Shown: piece after piece, positions 29,499-43,396 of the stretch
Position numbering within the stretch: position 1 is the stretch's first letter
How the letters are laid out: each line of letters starts with the position of its first letter
Assembly (NCBI GenBank): GCA_964016885.1
Contig: OZ024740.1
Coordinates: 250,604,001 to 250,668,000 of the forward strand
Source: Eledone cirrhosa
Lineage: Eukaryota
DNA: 64,000 bases
Direction: 5' to 3'
The notes under the pieces: model-generated
Database searches by the model: none
Told to the model about the DNA's origin: nothing
What the model saw: only the letters and a program-made list of their open reading frames with translations
Position numbers and translations under genes: made by a program

Positions 29499-29960
29499 AT
29501 CAAAGTTTCGTGTAACCTTCACCGGCTTGACCTCTTTTCATCCCCAAAGTATTCTTTTCATTCAAAGTATTCTTTCCATTCAAAACTTAAGTCTGCATTC
29601 CTCTACCCCTAAATTAAATTTATACTACTACTATTCTATCAATTTGACCTCTTACTACTTTGCTATTGGTCAATTCAAAACCTGTTCCCAAACAGACCTA
29701 TTATATTAAATCTTTGTTGTTTTTTTTTCAATAAACAAATATAATTATTTCTGAAGACAGCGTATATATGTGAAGGTATGTATATTTCTTCTGATAGTTT
29801 GTAAAATGTTTACATAGATCTATATGATATACATACGATCGTAAAATGATGAATTTTTAATATAAGGAACTTGTTCTTTGTTTTTATTCATTGTTTTTAT
29901 TAATTTATATATATATATATATGCACACACACACACACACACACATACACATACACACAC

Positions 29961-30077
<117 letters not shown>

Positions 30078-30304
30078 TATGTTTATAATTGTATGAGTAT
30101 ATATGTGTGCATGTCATTGTCTGGCCACTTCATGTATCTTTGTATTGATTTTTGTTTTTTATCATTTATTATCTTTTATTTTCTATATTATCATATATAT
30201 TTTATGTATATATATATAATTCTTATAGGTTGTTAATTTATGTGTATGTATGTATGTATGTATGTATGTATGTATGTATGTATGTATGTATGTGAGCGTA
30301 GGTG

Positions 30305-30373
<69 letters not shown>

Positions 30374-30441
30374 AAGGTTTAGTAAATAATGAAAAAGTTT
30401 CAAAATAAATTTTAAAAAAATTGACTTTACCCACTATAGTT

Positions 30442-30525
30442 ACCTTTACCGATCGGTTTCGAATCCCAAAAATAAAACGTAGGCCATACGGCCCTCGTTG
30501 CAAAGAGAGATTCTCGTCAGAAGGT
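30442..30525 (-). ncRNA. Type-I hammerhead ribozyme, unit 1
   Basis: Minus strand ACCTT-CTGACGA-GAATC...GATTC-GAAA-CCGATCGG-TA-AAGGT. Confidence 0.88.
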
Positions 30526-30924
30526 TCTTTTCATTCAAAGAATATAAAATTCCTGAATTTAAATCACAAACTAGCGCTATCAAAGACTGTTCCTGGGATG
30601 AGAGTGGATGATGTAGAACAGGTTTATCAAGGGCCGTAGTAAAGATAGAGGCAAAAGGAGGTAGGTCAAACTAGCCACCGCTGTTATCAGCAGCAGTCGG
30701 AATGACCCGGTTTGTTCTCAACGTTTGTGGAGGTAGTAGTAATATGAAATACGTCCTTTCACGCACAAGGCGCCAAGGTACGCATGTATTGTCCAACCAA
30801 GTGCCAGTGTGGTTCAATGGCGGGTTAATAAATTAACGAGCCAGAACAAATATAAACAAGGTTTAGTAAATAATGAAAAAGTTTCAAAATAAATTTTAAA
30901 AAATTGACTTTACCCACTATAGTT

Positions 30925-31008
30925 ACCTTTACCGATCGGTTTCGAATCCCAAAAATAAAACGTAGGCCATACGGCCCTCGTTGCAAAGAGAGATTCTCGT
31001 CAGAAGGT
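30925..31008 (-). ncRNA. Type-I hammerhead ribozyme, unit 2
   Basis: Identical to unit 1. Confidence 0.88.
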
Positions 31009-31407
31009 TCTTTTCATTCAAAGAATATAAAATTCCTGAATTTAAATCACAAACTAGCGCTATCAAAGACTGTTCCTGGGATGAGAGTGGATGATGTAGA
31101 ACAGGTTTATCAAGGGCCGTAGTAAAGATAGAGGCAAAAGGAGGTAGGTCAAACTAGCCACCGCTGTTATCAGCAGCAGTCGGAATGACCCGGTTTGTTC
31201 TCAACGTTTGTGGAGGTAGTAGTAATATGAAATACGTCCTTTCACGCACAAGGCGCCAAGGTACGCATGTATTGTCCAACCAAGTGCCAGTGTGGTTCAA
31301 TGGCGGGTTAATAAATTAACGAGCCAGAACAAATATAAACAAGGTTTAGTAAATAATGAAAAAGTTTCAAAATAAATTTTAAAAAATTGACTTTACCCAC
31401 TATAGTT

Positions 31408-31491
31408 ACCTTTACCGATCGGTTTCGAATCCCAAAAATAAAACGTAGGCCATACGGCCCTCGTTGCAAAGAGAGATTCTCGTCAGAAGGT
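31408..31491 (-). ncRNA. Type-I hammerhead ribozyme, unit 3
   Basis: Identical to unit 1. Confidence 0.88.
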
Positions 31492-32170
31492 TCTTTTCAT
31501 TCAAAGAATATAAAATTCCTGAATTTAAATCACAAACTAGCGCTATCAAAGACTGTTCCTGGGATGAGAGTGGATGATGTAGAACAGGTTTATCAAGGGC
31601 CGTAGTAAAGATAGAGGCAAAAGGAGGTAGGTCAAACTAGCCACCGCTGTTATCAGCAGCAGTCGGAATGACCCGGTTTGTTCTCAACGTTTGTGGAGGT
31701 AGTAGTAATATGAAATACGTCCTTTCACGCACAAGGCGCCAAGGTACGCATGTATTGTCCAACCAAGTGCCAGTGTGGTTCAATGGCGGGTTAATAAATT
31801 AACTTTTCAATCAACTTTTTCATTATTTACTAAACCTTGTTTATATTTGTTCTGGCTCGTTAATTTATTAACCCGCCATTGAACCACACTGGCACTTGGT
31901 TGGACAATACATGCGTACCTTGGCGCCTTGTGCGTGAAAGGACGTATTTCATATTACTACTACCTCCACAAACGTTGAGAACAAACCGGGTCATTCCGAC
32001 TGCTGCTGATAACAGCGGTGGCTAGTTTGACCTACCTCCTTTTGCCTCTATCTTTACTACGGCCCTTGATAAACCTGTTCTACATCATCCACTCTCATCC
32101 CAGGAACAGTCTTTGATAGCGCTAGTTTGTGATTTAAATTCAGGAATTTTATATTCTTTGAATGAAAAGA

Positions 32171-32254
32171 ACCTTCTGACGAGAATCTCTCTTTGCAACG
32201 AGGGCCGTATGGCCTACGTTTTATTTTTGGGATTCGAAACCGATCGGTAAAGGT
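32171..32254 (+). ncRNA. Type-I hammerhead ribozyme, inverted unit
   Basis: ACCTT CTGACGA GAATCTC...AACG ag GGCC gtat GGCC ta CGTT...GGGATTC GAAA CCGATCGG TA AAGGT. Confidence 0.88.
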
Positions 32255-33453
32255 AACTATAGTGGGTAAAGTCAATTTTTTAAAATTTATTTTGAAACTT
32301 TTTCATTATTTACTAAACCTTGTTTATATTTGTTCTGGCTCGTTAATTTATTAACCCGCCATTGAACCACACTGGCACTTGGTTGGACAATACATGCGTA
32401 CCTTGGCGCCTTGTGCGTGAAAGGACGTATTTCATATATATATATATATATATATACAGAGGTATCCACTGTAAGTTGTGGGGTCTGTTCTGCATGAAGA
32501 ACTCGATGTAATCCATATGTTGAAAATGTTGTAGGTTAAGATAAATCTCAGAAAACAATAAAACATTAAAAGGAAAACAGAGTCATGATATAAGTTAAAA
32601 CAATGAAGTAAAAAATCAAGTCATTAGAGATATTCTTCACTGCTTTGTGATCGTTTCTAGATGGTGATAATACATTGTATCTATACTCAGTTATTGATCT
32701 ATTAAGTTTACAAACTCTCAGATAGAGAGAATATTTACTTACATGCATATCACCAGCTGTTTTCAAAAGCAATAATAATTTTATTCAATAATAATTTTAC
32801 TCAGAATTAGTAGCATGTTAGTATCATGTCCTTATTTGGAGGTGGTTGAAGAACTAACGAATCAAATTGTTTTTTTCATATGGTGTTAAGATGAAAAGTA
32901 ATATACTTTAGTTGAGGTCATGACCCTTTGAAAGGAATGGTTGAAGCGTGTTAGTAGAAATGGCATAAAAATCTATTAGGAGGGAAGGGGATTGTCAAAC
33001 TGATAGTTGAATGTATCTTGTATAGTGAATTTAAAAGGAATGTCAAAATAAATGGTGATTAGTGTTGTATTGGGTTTTAAGGTGAATATAAATTAATGTT
33101 ATGGCTAGGAAAGATAGTATATTAAAAGATGAAAATTATAATAAGATAATGAGATATAGTAATGCGATAATATACAACTTAACCAACACAATATAGTACG
33201 GTGTGGTAAATTGCACTTAGTATAATATAACATATTATACGCTCTAAAATATTACTAAGTGTGTTTATGCATAAACAACCAAACTCAGATAAGTACATGT
33301 TGGCATAGTTAAAACACATACATTTCATAGTCTACAAAGTGCATATATCCACACTATATATAGAGAGAGGTACAGTTATACTGATATCTAACCAAAATAT
33401 ACATACGTACAAATAGATGCAAACGTAAATACACATCCACACGCATGCATATA

Positions 33454-33484
<31 letters not shown>

Positions 33485-33670
33485 CCATACATTTCTATAT
33501 CCACACATACACATCTATACCCCCATATATATATACACATATACACATATATATATACACACACACATATATATATATATATGCACACACACACACTCAT
33601 ACATACATACATATATACATATACATACATATACACACATACATACATACATACATATATACATACACAT

Positions 33671-33718
<48 letters not shown>

Positions 33719-33806
33719 CTTGTGTGAGTATATGTACACTCCTCTTACATGTGCACATACTCATATATAAACATTCATATACCTATACTCACATATACAC
33801 ACACAC

Positions 33807-33909
<103 letters not shown>

Positions 33910-34038
33910 CATATACACATTTACATATATATATATATATATATATACACATACATATACATATATATATATATACATACACATACACACATACATATAC
34001 AAGCATATACATATATACACATATACACATACATAAAC

Positions 34039-34107
<69 letters not shown>

Positions 34108-34353
34108 AATATATACACACATAAATATATTTCCATATCATACATAGATGTATATTTTTACTCATGCAATTACGGGTGGTTGTGTATCTTGTTGCCTTTA
34201 GTCATTAACGCATAAATCTAAGGAAGCTAAAACATTAAAAGGCAAAAATAAGCATGAAAGCATATAATTAGGGGAAAGAGGTACTAATAAATGTTATTCT
34301 ATACGAAATTGTAGTGAGTTGCTATTTAGAATATTTAATTAGGTTTATAGTAT

Positions 34354-35350
34354 TTAATTAGGTTTATAGTATTTAAATGTTTTTCGTATACAGTGATTAC
34401 AGACTATGATCAATTCCTGTCTTTTATTTAATAAATCGTCCTTAGATTTAGTAATTTCCAAGATCTCTCCTGAACATAATCTGCATTCCCTCCTGTTACC
34501 AAGATATGGAGTTTTTTGTAGAATAGTGTTCCTCGATAACTTGAAATCTATTTTTTTCTTTTTATAATTATTTACCGCTTCAGCTAAAGATGTGGTGTTC
34601 GCTAGCTTAGTATTGTTGAAACTACTAGAATGTGCGTAAAATCTTTTCTTAAATGTGTTTGATGTAGATCCTATATATGTTTTGTTGGAGTCTGTAGAAG
34701 ACACAGTGCATTTATATATTACATTATTAATCAAACAGTTTCCATTTAAGGGGCAAATGCTTCTATTTCTGCAATTACAGCCATAAGTAAGATGGTTTTG
34801 GGGGGTGCCTATACTATTCTAATTTATCCTTGAGCTATTCCTATTGTAATAGCAGGAGAATGAAGGTTGCTTTGTGGGTGGTTTGGTGCTAGAGTTGTAT
34901 TGTAAGTTTGTGTTCTGTTGTTTTTGTGTTGGTGATTTGGGTGGTTGTGTTTTCTAGGTTGAACGATTATATTATTTGTCTTTTTAAAAGGTGCAGTCCT
35001 ATTTAAATTATGTTGCGGTGGTGTAGTCATATTATTTTAAAGTTTATAAATGTTGTAGTTGCTTATTTTTTGTTTGAGATTGTTTGATGTAGAGTATGAG
35101 AATTTAACAGTATATTTGTTAAATATTTGGTGGAAAATGTTTATGTAGTATTTCAAAGAATTTTGGGGGGATTTGTCCAATAGTTTGCAGGTTGAAGGGT
35201 GCGTTGTACCATGTTATGTTTCTTTTGCGGTTTTTAGTTAAGTTTTTATTATCCCTTATATTATTGTGTTGTGTTCTAGAAGAATTCCTATGGTTAGTGT
35301 CCTTATTTGTGGAATTTGGTAAATTATCGTGGTTGTATTTGGAGTTATTT
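34354..35350 (-). pseudogene. PLE 3' fragment (linker + GIY-YIG)
   Basis: NVIYKCTV...TYIGSTSNTFKKRFYAH...CRLCSGE; upstream CNCRN..CPL and RNITWYNAP. Confidence 0.8.
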
Positions 35351-36134
35351 TTGGGTAGATTACACCAAATACAACCTGTCTACTACAGACTCCAACAAAA
35401 CATATATAGGATCTACATCAAACACATTTAAGAAAAGATTTTAAAATAACACCAAATACAACCAAGATACAACCACGAATATTAATAATAACATTCGTTT
35501 GCAATTATACAAACAAGCCTCAATTTTATAACCATGACAGTAGAATGAACCCTTCATTCTTGCTCTTGTGTTGGCATGTGAACAGAACTGCAGACACTAA
35601 TGTTTCTGGGTATTTCCCTTCATCAGTACAGCTCACTGTTCACCTGCCAAACTGTCAGAGTTAGTGAAAATATATGCTATTTTCAAAAATACACAGTGAC
35701 TGATCGGCCTGATCTGCATATTAGCAGATCCACTGATCAGCCAGATTTGCATATCAGCAGACTGGTCAGTCAGTTTCCTGTATACGAGCGATAAATGGCC
35801 GCTTTGCCAAATTCAAATAAAAAAGAAAATTTTCGCTCTACATGGCTGAATACAATAAATGTAATCTGAGTTTTTCGAATATTAATAATAACATTCGATT
35901 CGTTTGCAATTATGCAAACAAGCCTCATTTTTAAAGTCATATCAGTAGAATGAACCCTTCATTCTTGCTATTGTGTTAGTGAAAATATATGCTATTTTCA
36001 AAAATACACAGTGACTGATCGGCCTGATCCGCATATTAGCAAACTGACATGGCTATAAAATTGAGGCTTGTTTGCATAATTGCAAACGAATCGAATGTTA
36101 TTAATATAGGAATGTTATTATTAATATAAGTGGT

Positions 36135-36322
36135 AGGGCGGTGGATTGGCAGTATCGGTAGAGGGTCGGACGCCATGCTTTGACGTATAGAGTTACGGCC
36201 CTTGCCATTCTGAGTTCAAATCCTGCCGAGGTTAACTTTGCCTTTCATCGTTACGGGGTCGATAAAATAAAGTACCAGTAATACACTGGGATAATTGCTG
36301 GCCTTGTGCCAAAAATAGAAAC
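36135..36322 (+). mobile_element. tRNA-derived SINE
   Basis: A/B-box-like head and conserved body shared with three other copies. Confidence 0.8.
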
Positions 36323-36386
36323 AATTAATAATATTCGAAACACTCAGATTACATTTATTGTATTCAGCCATGATGAGCGAAACTTT

Positions 36387-36429
<43 letters not shown>

Positions 36430-36433
<4 letters not shown>

Positions 36434-36715
36434 CTTGATGACCTTGACCGACCTGTCTGTCGGACGCCAATCGGCGCCGCTGGTCACAGCACGTCGTGCT
36501 GTTTTAGCCATAAGATAACGCCATCCCACTGGCTGGGCGGGCAGGCTGGTACTCATTTATAAAGCTGAGTAAACTGGAGCAACGTGAAATAAAGTGTCTT
36601 GCTCAAGGAAACAACACAACATGAGCAAGACACTTTATTTCACGTTGCTCCAGTTTACTCAGCTGTAGAAATGAGTACCGGCCTGCCTGCCCTGCCAGTG
36701 GGATGGCGTTATCTT
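36430..36715. repeat. Fold-back of a second SINE-like body
   Basis: 36512-36606 is inverted relative to 36622-36714 (tgagcaagacactttatttcacgttgctccagtttactcagctg). Confidence 0.65.
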
Positions 36716-36742
36716 ATATATATATGCATACATATATCTATA

Positions 36743-36792
<50 letters not shown>

Positions 36793-36797
<5 letters not shown>

Positions 36798-37144
36798 CGA
36801 AATACTAGTGTGTATGAATGTAACAAAGACGTGGTTTGTTTGTATAATATTTAATAAACAATTTGTGGATATATATAGAACAGTATAGTTGACATGTCAA
36901 AGAATAGATGAAAGAATGAAACAAAGTTATTAGTTACCGCTTGGTTGCCAGGGTTACACACGCCTGAGTGAAGACTCCTAGCTAAGGCCAGGAGGCGCCT
37001 GACCGAAAAGGCGAATGAGAGAGAGAGAACTAAAAGTTGTTAGTTTTATAGGGTTCTGACCGGAAGTTACAGAAAGGGTTCTACTTCCTGTCTAGAGAGC
37101 GTTAATCTATTGGGGTTGTGAGTGTCACAACAAGGGAGGCTACA
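36793..37144 (-). repeat. Possible solo LTR in (TA)n
   Basis: Minus strand begins TGTAGC, contains TATAAAA and ATTAAA, ends near GCTATA; no internal domain. Confidence 0.3.
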
Positions 37145-38048
37145 TATATATATATTTGAAAAAAAGGAAAAATAATTTGATTTAATCTTATAATATTATG
37201 AGTTGGTAAATCTAGGAAGTTCTTTGTTAACTTCGGTGGGAAGAATTTTAAAGATTCATGGATAACTTTCTTGGGGAACTCTCTCGCAATCATCGGTGGC
37301 GATTGTCAAACTGAGATCAGGTTATGTTGTGATGTGTGACCCTATATATAAGAGAGATTTGGATGTGTGTGAGGTGTGGTGTTAATGAGTGTGGGGGTGA
37401 AGGAATTTTGATCAAGATTTAAAGGAGTTAAAGCATACACAGACGCACACATATACATATATACACACAGAAAAAGGTGAAGGTTGACAGCAAGATAAGG
37501 GTGTTTAAGAAAGTCGTTGTAAAAAATCCCCTCCTGCTGGTTTTATTTCAATAGATGACCTTTGATGAGTATAATGACAGGATGTTTTCGCCCTAATCAA
37601 CTCTCTTAAATTTATAAAGAATATCTTCTACAAATTTCTATATCAAAGATGAATTTAGGTGCGTGTCTGGTGGTGGTGGTGGGTTTGAATGTTTGAACTT
37701 GATAAGAATGGGATGACAGTAAAAAGAAAAATAAAGGATAGTTTTGGAATATTTGTCAGAAATATATGTTGGTGATATTGGTTTGGGAGGGGAAGTGTGG
37801 GGGATGGGGGGACATGATAGCTCACATATTCACTTCCATATATATTACATACATACACACACACATACACACACATATCTACACTCATATATATACACAC
37901 ACATATACATATATATATATATATACACATATATACACACACATGTATATACACATACATATATATACATATACACCTACATATATATATATATATATAT
38001 ACATGCACACACACATACCCACACATACATGTACATACGTATACACAT

Positions 38049-38126
<78 letters not shown>

Positions 38127-38370
38127 TTATATATACACACACACACACGTACATACATACACACACATCTACTCAAGTATTTAAGTTCACATATACATTG
38201 GTGTGGAGAAGGGGGAATTAATGAAATGTTAGTGTACCTCTGAGGGTTTTTCCTCTCTTCAACGATCGAATGTTTGAACTTCTATTTTTCTTTTTCAATA
38301 TGAGATTTTTAAAGAAAAGAGAGAGGGGGCGAATCCCGTTACTTGAAGATGGAATATCACTTTTTTGTGT

Positions 38371-39135
38371 TCAGTAGTGGTTTGTACTTTCTAATAAATA
38401 ATTCTTCTTTATATTTTCGGAAATGTTCGTTGTCCGACCATATCTTAAAGAAGGGCAAAATTTTCCCTTCCCGCATATTGCAAAGTGTTCACTGCATGTG
38501 GTGTTTCTGACAGAGGGGTCTCTAATTTGTTGTTTATGTACTCGAACTCTGTCATGTAGACCCGTTCCGGTTTCACCAATGTAGTATTCTTTACATTGTG
38601 GGTAGGTTGCACAGTAAATCAAGTTTTTGCTTTTGCAATTCATGTTTGCATTAACCGTGAAAAACTGGTTGTTTTTAAAGATTTGTCCACCCTCTTCAAT
38701 GTGTTCGTAAGTACCGTATCGAGGGTCCCCGCATTTCTTAATTTTCATCGCTTCATTATTAGACGTGGATTGGCAGTATCGGTAGAGGGTCGGACGCCAT
38801 GCTTTCCAGCATAGTTACGTCCCTTTACGATCTGAGTTCAAATCCCGCCGAGGTTGACTTTGCCTTTCATCCTTACGGGGTCGATAAAATAAAGTACCAG
38901 TAATGCACTGGGTATTTGCTGGCCTTGTGCCTAAATTAGAAACAATTATTAGACGTAAATTTTGCCTTGGTAAGCAGTTTTTTTAGGTTGGGGGCTTGGC
39001 GTCTACTATATATAATTTGTGCGTCTTTCATGAGTGCATTCATTTTAGAAGAATCGGGAGATATTGTTTAGCGGCTTTCACAATGTTAAAGTTCCTTGGA
39101 TTGTGAGTGATGACAAAAGGGATAACTGTTTTTTC
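38371..39135 (-). pseudogene. PLE fragment with a different (Neptune-like) GIY-YIG, interrupted by a SINE
   Basis: VIPFVITHNP...; NMNCKSKNLIYCAT.PQCKEYYIGETG..LHDRVRVHKQQI. Confidence 0.75.
38767..38944 (+). mobile_element. tRNA-derived SINE with 12-bp TSD
   Basis: ATTATTAGACGT at 38755-38766 and 38945-38956. Confidence 0.88.
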
Positions 39136-39734
39136 CATTTTATTTTGTTGCTTTGTTTTCACTGGGTATATTGTGTGTGTGTATGTGTTTGTATGTGTGT
39201 GTATATGTATGTAATATATATGGACTGTAAAGATATTTACATATAGGGAAGAGAATATGGGAGCTAGCATATCCCCCACCCCCACACTTCCCCTCCCAAA
39301 CCAATATCAACAACATACATTTCAGACAAATGTTCCAAAACTATCCTTCTTTTTTTCCCTTTTTACTGTCATCCCATTCTTATCAAAAGACACATAACAC
39401 CTTCTACTTTAGAAAATAAAAACCCGAACTAAATAAACCTTAACATACGTTTGCGCTAACAATACAACAGAACAAATACGAATAAGTAAGGAAAATATGT
39501 TCATTCAAAATATTCCTACTAACGGAATCATTTTCCTACGCACACACACACACACAATATATATATTCTCTTCATCTTAACATGCTAACCATACTCCCAC
39601 ACACATATAACACCCATACACATACATAACCCCCCCCCCCCCCCGCACACACAACTCCCTCCCCCATTTCTACTAATAGAATCATCTTCCTATACACACA
39701 CACACACACACACACACAAGCACACAAATAAACA

Positions 39735-41050
39735 TACATATCTTTACTTTTCGACGAAGACGATGGGTGGGGACACGGGGAGTGGGTGAGTGTGGTGGAG
39801 CGGTGGACTGCGCGGGTCCGGGTGTGGGCGGTGTGAATGAGGGAGGGGGTAACCTCTTCTGGTGAAATGACTGACCAGAGACAAGGCCTGAGTCTCGAAG
39901 TCAGCATCTCGGCTGCAGAGGCGGCAGATCCGGAGGAGTTGGGAGTAGGGAATGGAGTGTTTGGTGTGTGTTGGTGGGAGGGCTGAAGTCGAGGTACGAG
40001 TGGGAGTCTGTGGGTTTGAAGAAGGCGGATGTGACGAGGGGGCGATGGGAGGGGTCGATGGTGATGGAGATGTCCAAAAAGTGGATGTGGGTGATGGAGA
40101 GAGAGGTGTTGCAGTGGAGGGAGGTGTGGAAGGAGCAGAAGAAGGAGAGAAAGGAGTCAAGCTGTTCTCGGGTGAGGATCGTGGCCCCGATGCAGTTCGG
40201 GCGTGGGGCCGGTGTATTGGGCAAAGATTTGGGTCTCAAAATGGCCAACGAAAAGGTTGTCATAGTTGGGACCCATTCTTGTGCCAATGGCTACCCCAGT
40301 GGCCTGCTGGTAAAATTCACCCGAGAAGGAGAAGCAGTTAAGGGTGAGGACCAGCTCGGCAAGGTGGAGGAGGGTGGGATGGAGGGGACGGGAGAGGAGC
40401 GAAGGTCAAGGTAGTGTCGGAGGATGCATAGGCCGTCGGCGTGGGGGATGACAGTTTAAAGGGACTTAATGTCTAGGGTGAAGAGAAGGGTGTGTGGGCC
40501 GGGTGGGAAGGTGAGGGAGTCAAAAAGGTGAAGGGCGTGGTTGGTGTCGGAGATGTGGGAGGGGAGGGTGGTGAAGAGAGGGGCAAGGATGTAGTCGAGA
40601 AAGGCGGAGATGTGTTCGGTGGGGCAGTTGCAGGCGGAGACGATGGGCGGCCGGGATTGTCGGGTTTGTGGATCTTGAGGAGGAAGTAGATGTTGGGGGT
40701 GCGGACAGTGAGGCGGGAGGGAGGAGGGCGGAGGAGACGAGGTGTTGGATGGTGGAGGAAACTTGTTGTTGGTAGAGGGGTGTGGTCAGAAGGTAGTGGT
40801 CAGTAGAAGAGGTTGTTACGGAGGTGCCTGAGGGCTTCGGACGTGTAGAGGTTGGCGCGCCACACCACCACAGCGCCTCCCTTGTCCGCCGGTTTGCTGA
40901 CGATGTCATCGTGGTTACGGAGGCGCAGAGCGAGGAATTAGACCCGAGAGATGTTATTTCGTTTGGAGCGGCGGCGGAAGACGAAGCGATTTACTGTGCT
41001 ACGACAGGCATCAACGAACGCGTCCAGGCTGCTATTTTGCCCGGGTGCCG
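39735..41050 (-). pseudogene. GC-rich degenerate PLE reverse transcriptase
   Basis: Across frames: KPADKGGAVVVW, HKPDNPGRP, HFLDISI, FFKPTDSHSYLDFS, HTKHSIPYSQLLRICRLCS, RRGYP. Confidence 0.82.
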
Positions 41051-41056
41051 GCAAAT

Positions 41057-41107
41057 GGCTTCTACAGGACTAGAACTGTTTCATTCGGGAGAAATCATCA
41101 GGAAGCC
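41057..41107 (-). ncRNA. Type-I hammerhead ribozyme upstream of the PLE RT
   Basis: Minus strand P1 GGCTTC/GAAGCC, CTGATGA, weak P2 TTC/GAA, GAAA, P3 ACAG/CTGT, GTA; related copy at 41859-41905. Confidence 0.72.
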
Positions 41108-41472
41108 GACTGTCCAAGTAATATGGTGGTAGGAGAGGGTGGTGATTGTGATGGGTGGAGGACATTGTGATGGGTTGATGGATTTAAAGAAAAGGGAATT
41201 CTTTAAAAACTATATTTAGAAAACAGAGGCAGAAAGAATTCAAGCTAAGTGTCTGTACACATTTTCAGACTGGGGGCCACTCCTGATTTTTAAGGTTCAT
41301 TTGAGCCAACGATGGCTGATCATTGGTAGCTGTGCTGGAATGGTCAGGTGTCTACAATCACACACGCACACACATACACACACACACATATACACACATA
41401 TATCCACTCCCATACACAAACACACACTCATATACATATATATATATTATATATACATACATACATATATAT

Positions 41473-41710
41473 ATAGTAATAATAATAAATTTGAAGACTA
41501 AAATCCAAAGAGGGCTCGAAAAGGATAAATATATATCAAATATATAAGAACCGTAGAGCAAATATTTATTAAAATAACAGATTAAAGTTCAAGCAAAGAA
41601 TCGCTGCTTTCACCCTTAACGGGATCTTCTGAAACTAACAAAGTCAATCTGTAAACGCAGAACTGGATATTTCAAAAAACGTTGCAACCGGAGGAAGACA
41701 GGAAGATATG
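41473..41710 (-). repeat. Solo pLTR fragment, 59024 PLE family
   Basis: Match to 61196-61430. Confidence 0.8.
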
Positions 41711-41719
41711 GAAGATTGG

Positions 41720-41775
<56 letters not shown>

Positions 41776-41902
41776 GTTATTCCGGGTTGAATCGGAGGTA
41801 ACCACAGTAAGTAAGGTACTCAATACATAGCAGAGTATAACAGTTTTAATATAGATGAGATTCTACAGGACTAGAACTGTTTCATTCATTAGAAATCATC
41901 AG

Positions 41903-41989
<87 letters not shown>

Positions 41990-42127
41990 ATTACACACCA
42001 CTCACACACACTCATATATATACATATATATACATATATATACATATAGATATATATAGAGAGATATATCCAAAATTAAATTAAGGGAGTCATGTCCGAG
42101 ACATGCGCCATATCCACCATAGAATAA

Positions 42128-42181
<54 letters not shown>

Positions 42182-42213
42182 CTACACACATATATATACA
42201 CATACACCCATAC

Positions 42214-42323
<110 letters not shown>

Positions 42324-42341
42324 ATATATATATTTTTTTTT

Positions 42342-43127
42342 TAATAAAGCCGCCCTTTATTATAATAAAGCCCTTAATAACAGCGGTTTTACAGAACAAA
42401 TTTATTATTTACCTACCCCCTAAAACTAACCACAATAATAGGAAAAGGAAAATTATTTGGTTTACACCCCCCCTTCTCTCTAACTGTGAAAACTAATGTA
42501 GGAAGAAAATTCCTTGAACTCTTAGATAAACATTTTCCTCCTAATCATAGATATTATAAGATATTTAATAGAAATGTAGTTAAGATCAGTTACTCTTGTT
42601 GCCCATCAATGAAGTCTAAGATCACTAATTCAAATCGTACGAGAACAAATCCAGGATGCAATTGCAGGAAGCCGGATGAATGCCCATTACAGGGCAAATG
42701 TAACACCAAATCCGTTGTTTATGAGGCCAAAGTGACACCTTTAATCAACAACCAGCCAGCCAGGAGTGAGCGATATGTTGGCATGACCCAGGACAGGTTT
42801 AAAACCAGGTTTTATGCACATGTCGCTTCTTTTAAGCACTCCGATAAACGAACAGCAACGGCCCTCGCAAGTAAGGTGTGGGAATTCAAGGATAAAAACA
42901 TCCCGTACTCTATCGATTGGTCTATTTTAGACCATTCGAGGGAGTACCAAAGGGGCACAAAGAATTGTTCTTTGTGTACCACGGAAAAATATAGGATTTT
43001 GCTAAACTTGAAAGCCACTTCTGCTTGCCTGAACTCAAAGACCGAGATATTCAGATGTTGTCCTCATCTGAAATCACATCTGATCTGTAACTGGATTGAC
43101 ATTCCTATGATAACTCAACCACCTTGA
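42342..43127 (+). pseudogene. PLE 3' fragment (GIY-YIG frame open)
   Basis: RKIIWF.PP, HFPPNHRYYKIFNRN, CNCRK...CPLQGKC, VVY...YVGMT...FKTRFYAH, CSLCTTE. Confidence 0.85.
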
Positions 43128-43323
43128 ACTCCTTCCCTGCTCTTTACTTCCACTACGGTTTTTTTACCTGCTGAATCCATGTTCTGTACTCTCGTATTCT
43201 CTTTCTCCCTTATCTCCCCTTATATTTAAACCTTTTCCTATGTCATTTACATACCAAATTTTTATTTTTTATTTTTAGATATTTATTTTTTTTGTGTGTT
43301 GCGTATATGTATGTATGTGTGTA

Positions 43324-43396
<73 letters not shown>

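Larger units (their letters stand above)
30366..32435. mobile_element. Retrozyme-like element: three tandem 483-bp units (HHR on minus strand) plus about 1.3 inverted units
   Basis: Exact period 483 (identical ORF-track hits at 30421, 30904, 31387); inversion junction near 31803-31815; (TA)n flanks. Confidence 0.88.

Noticed and set aside
30421-30639. 72-aa ORF repeated four times
   Set aside because: TTG start, antisense to the ribozyme, no recognisable domain, and not conserved in the homologous 481-bp family.
32460-32900. Possible LINE apurinic endonuclease remnant (…NDHKAV)
   Set aside because: Similarity too weak to support without a profile search.
36955-37020. Ribozyme-like string cctgagtgaagactcc...gaccgaaaaggcgaatg
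   Set aside because: Core spacing fits neither hammerhead nor HDV consensus convincingly.
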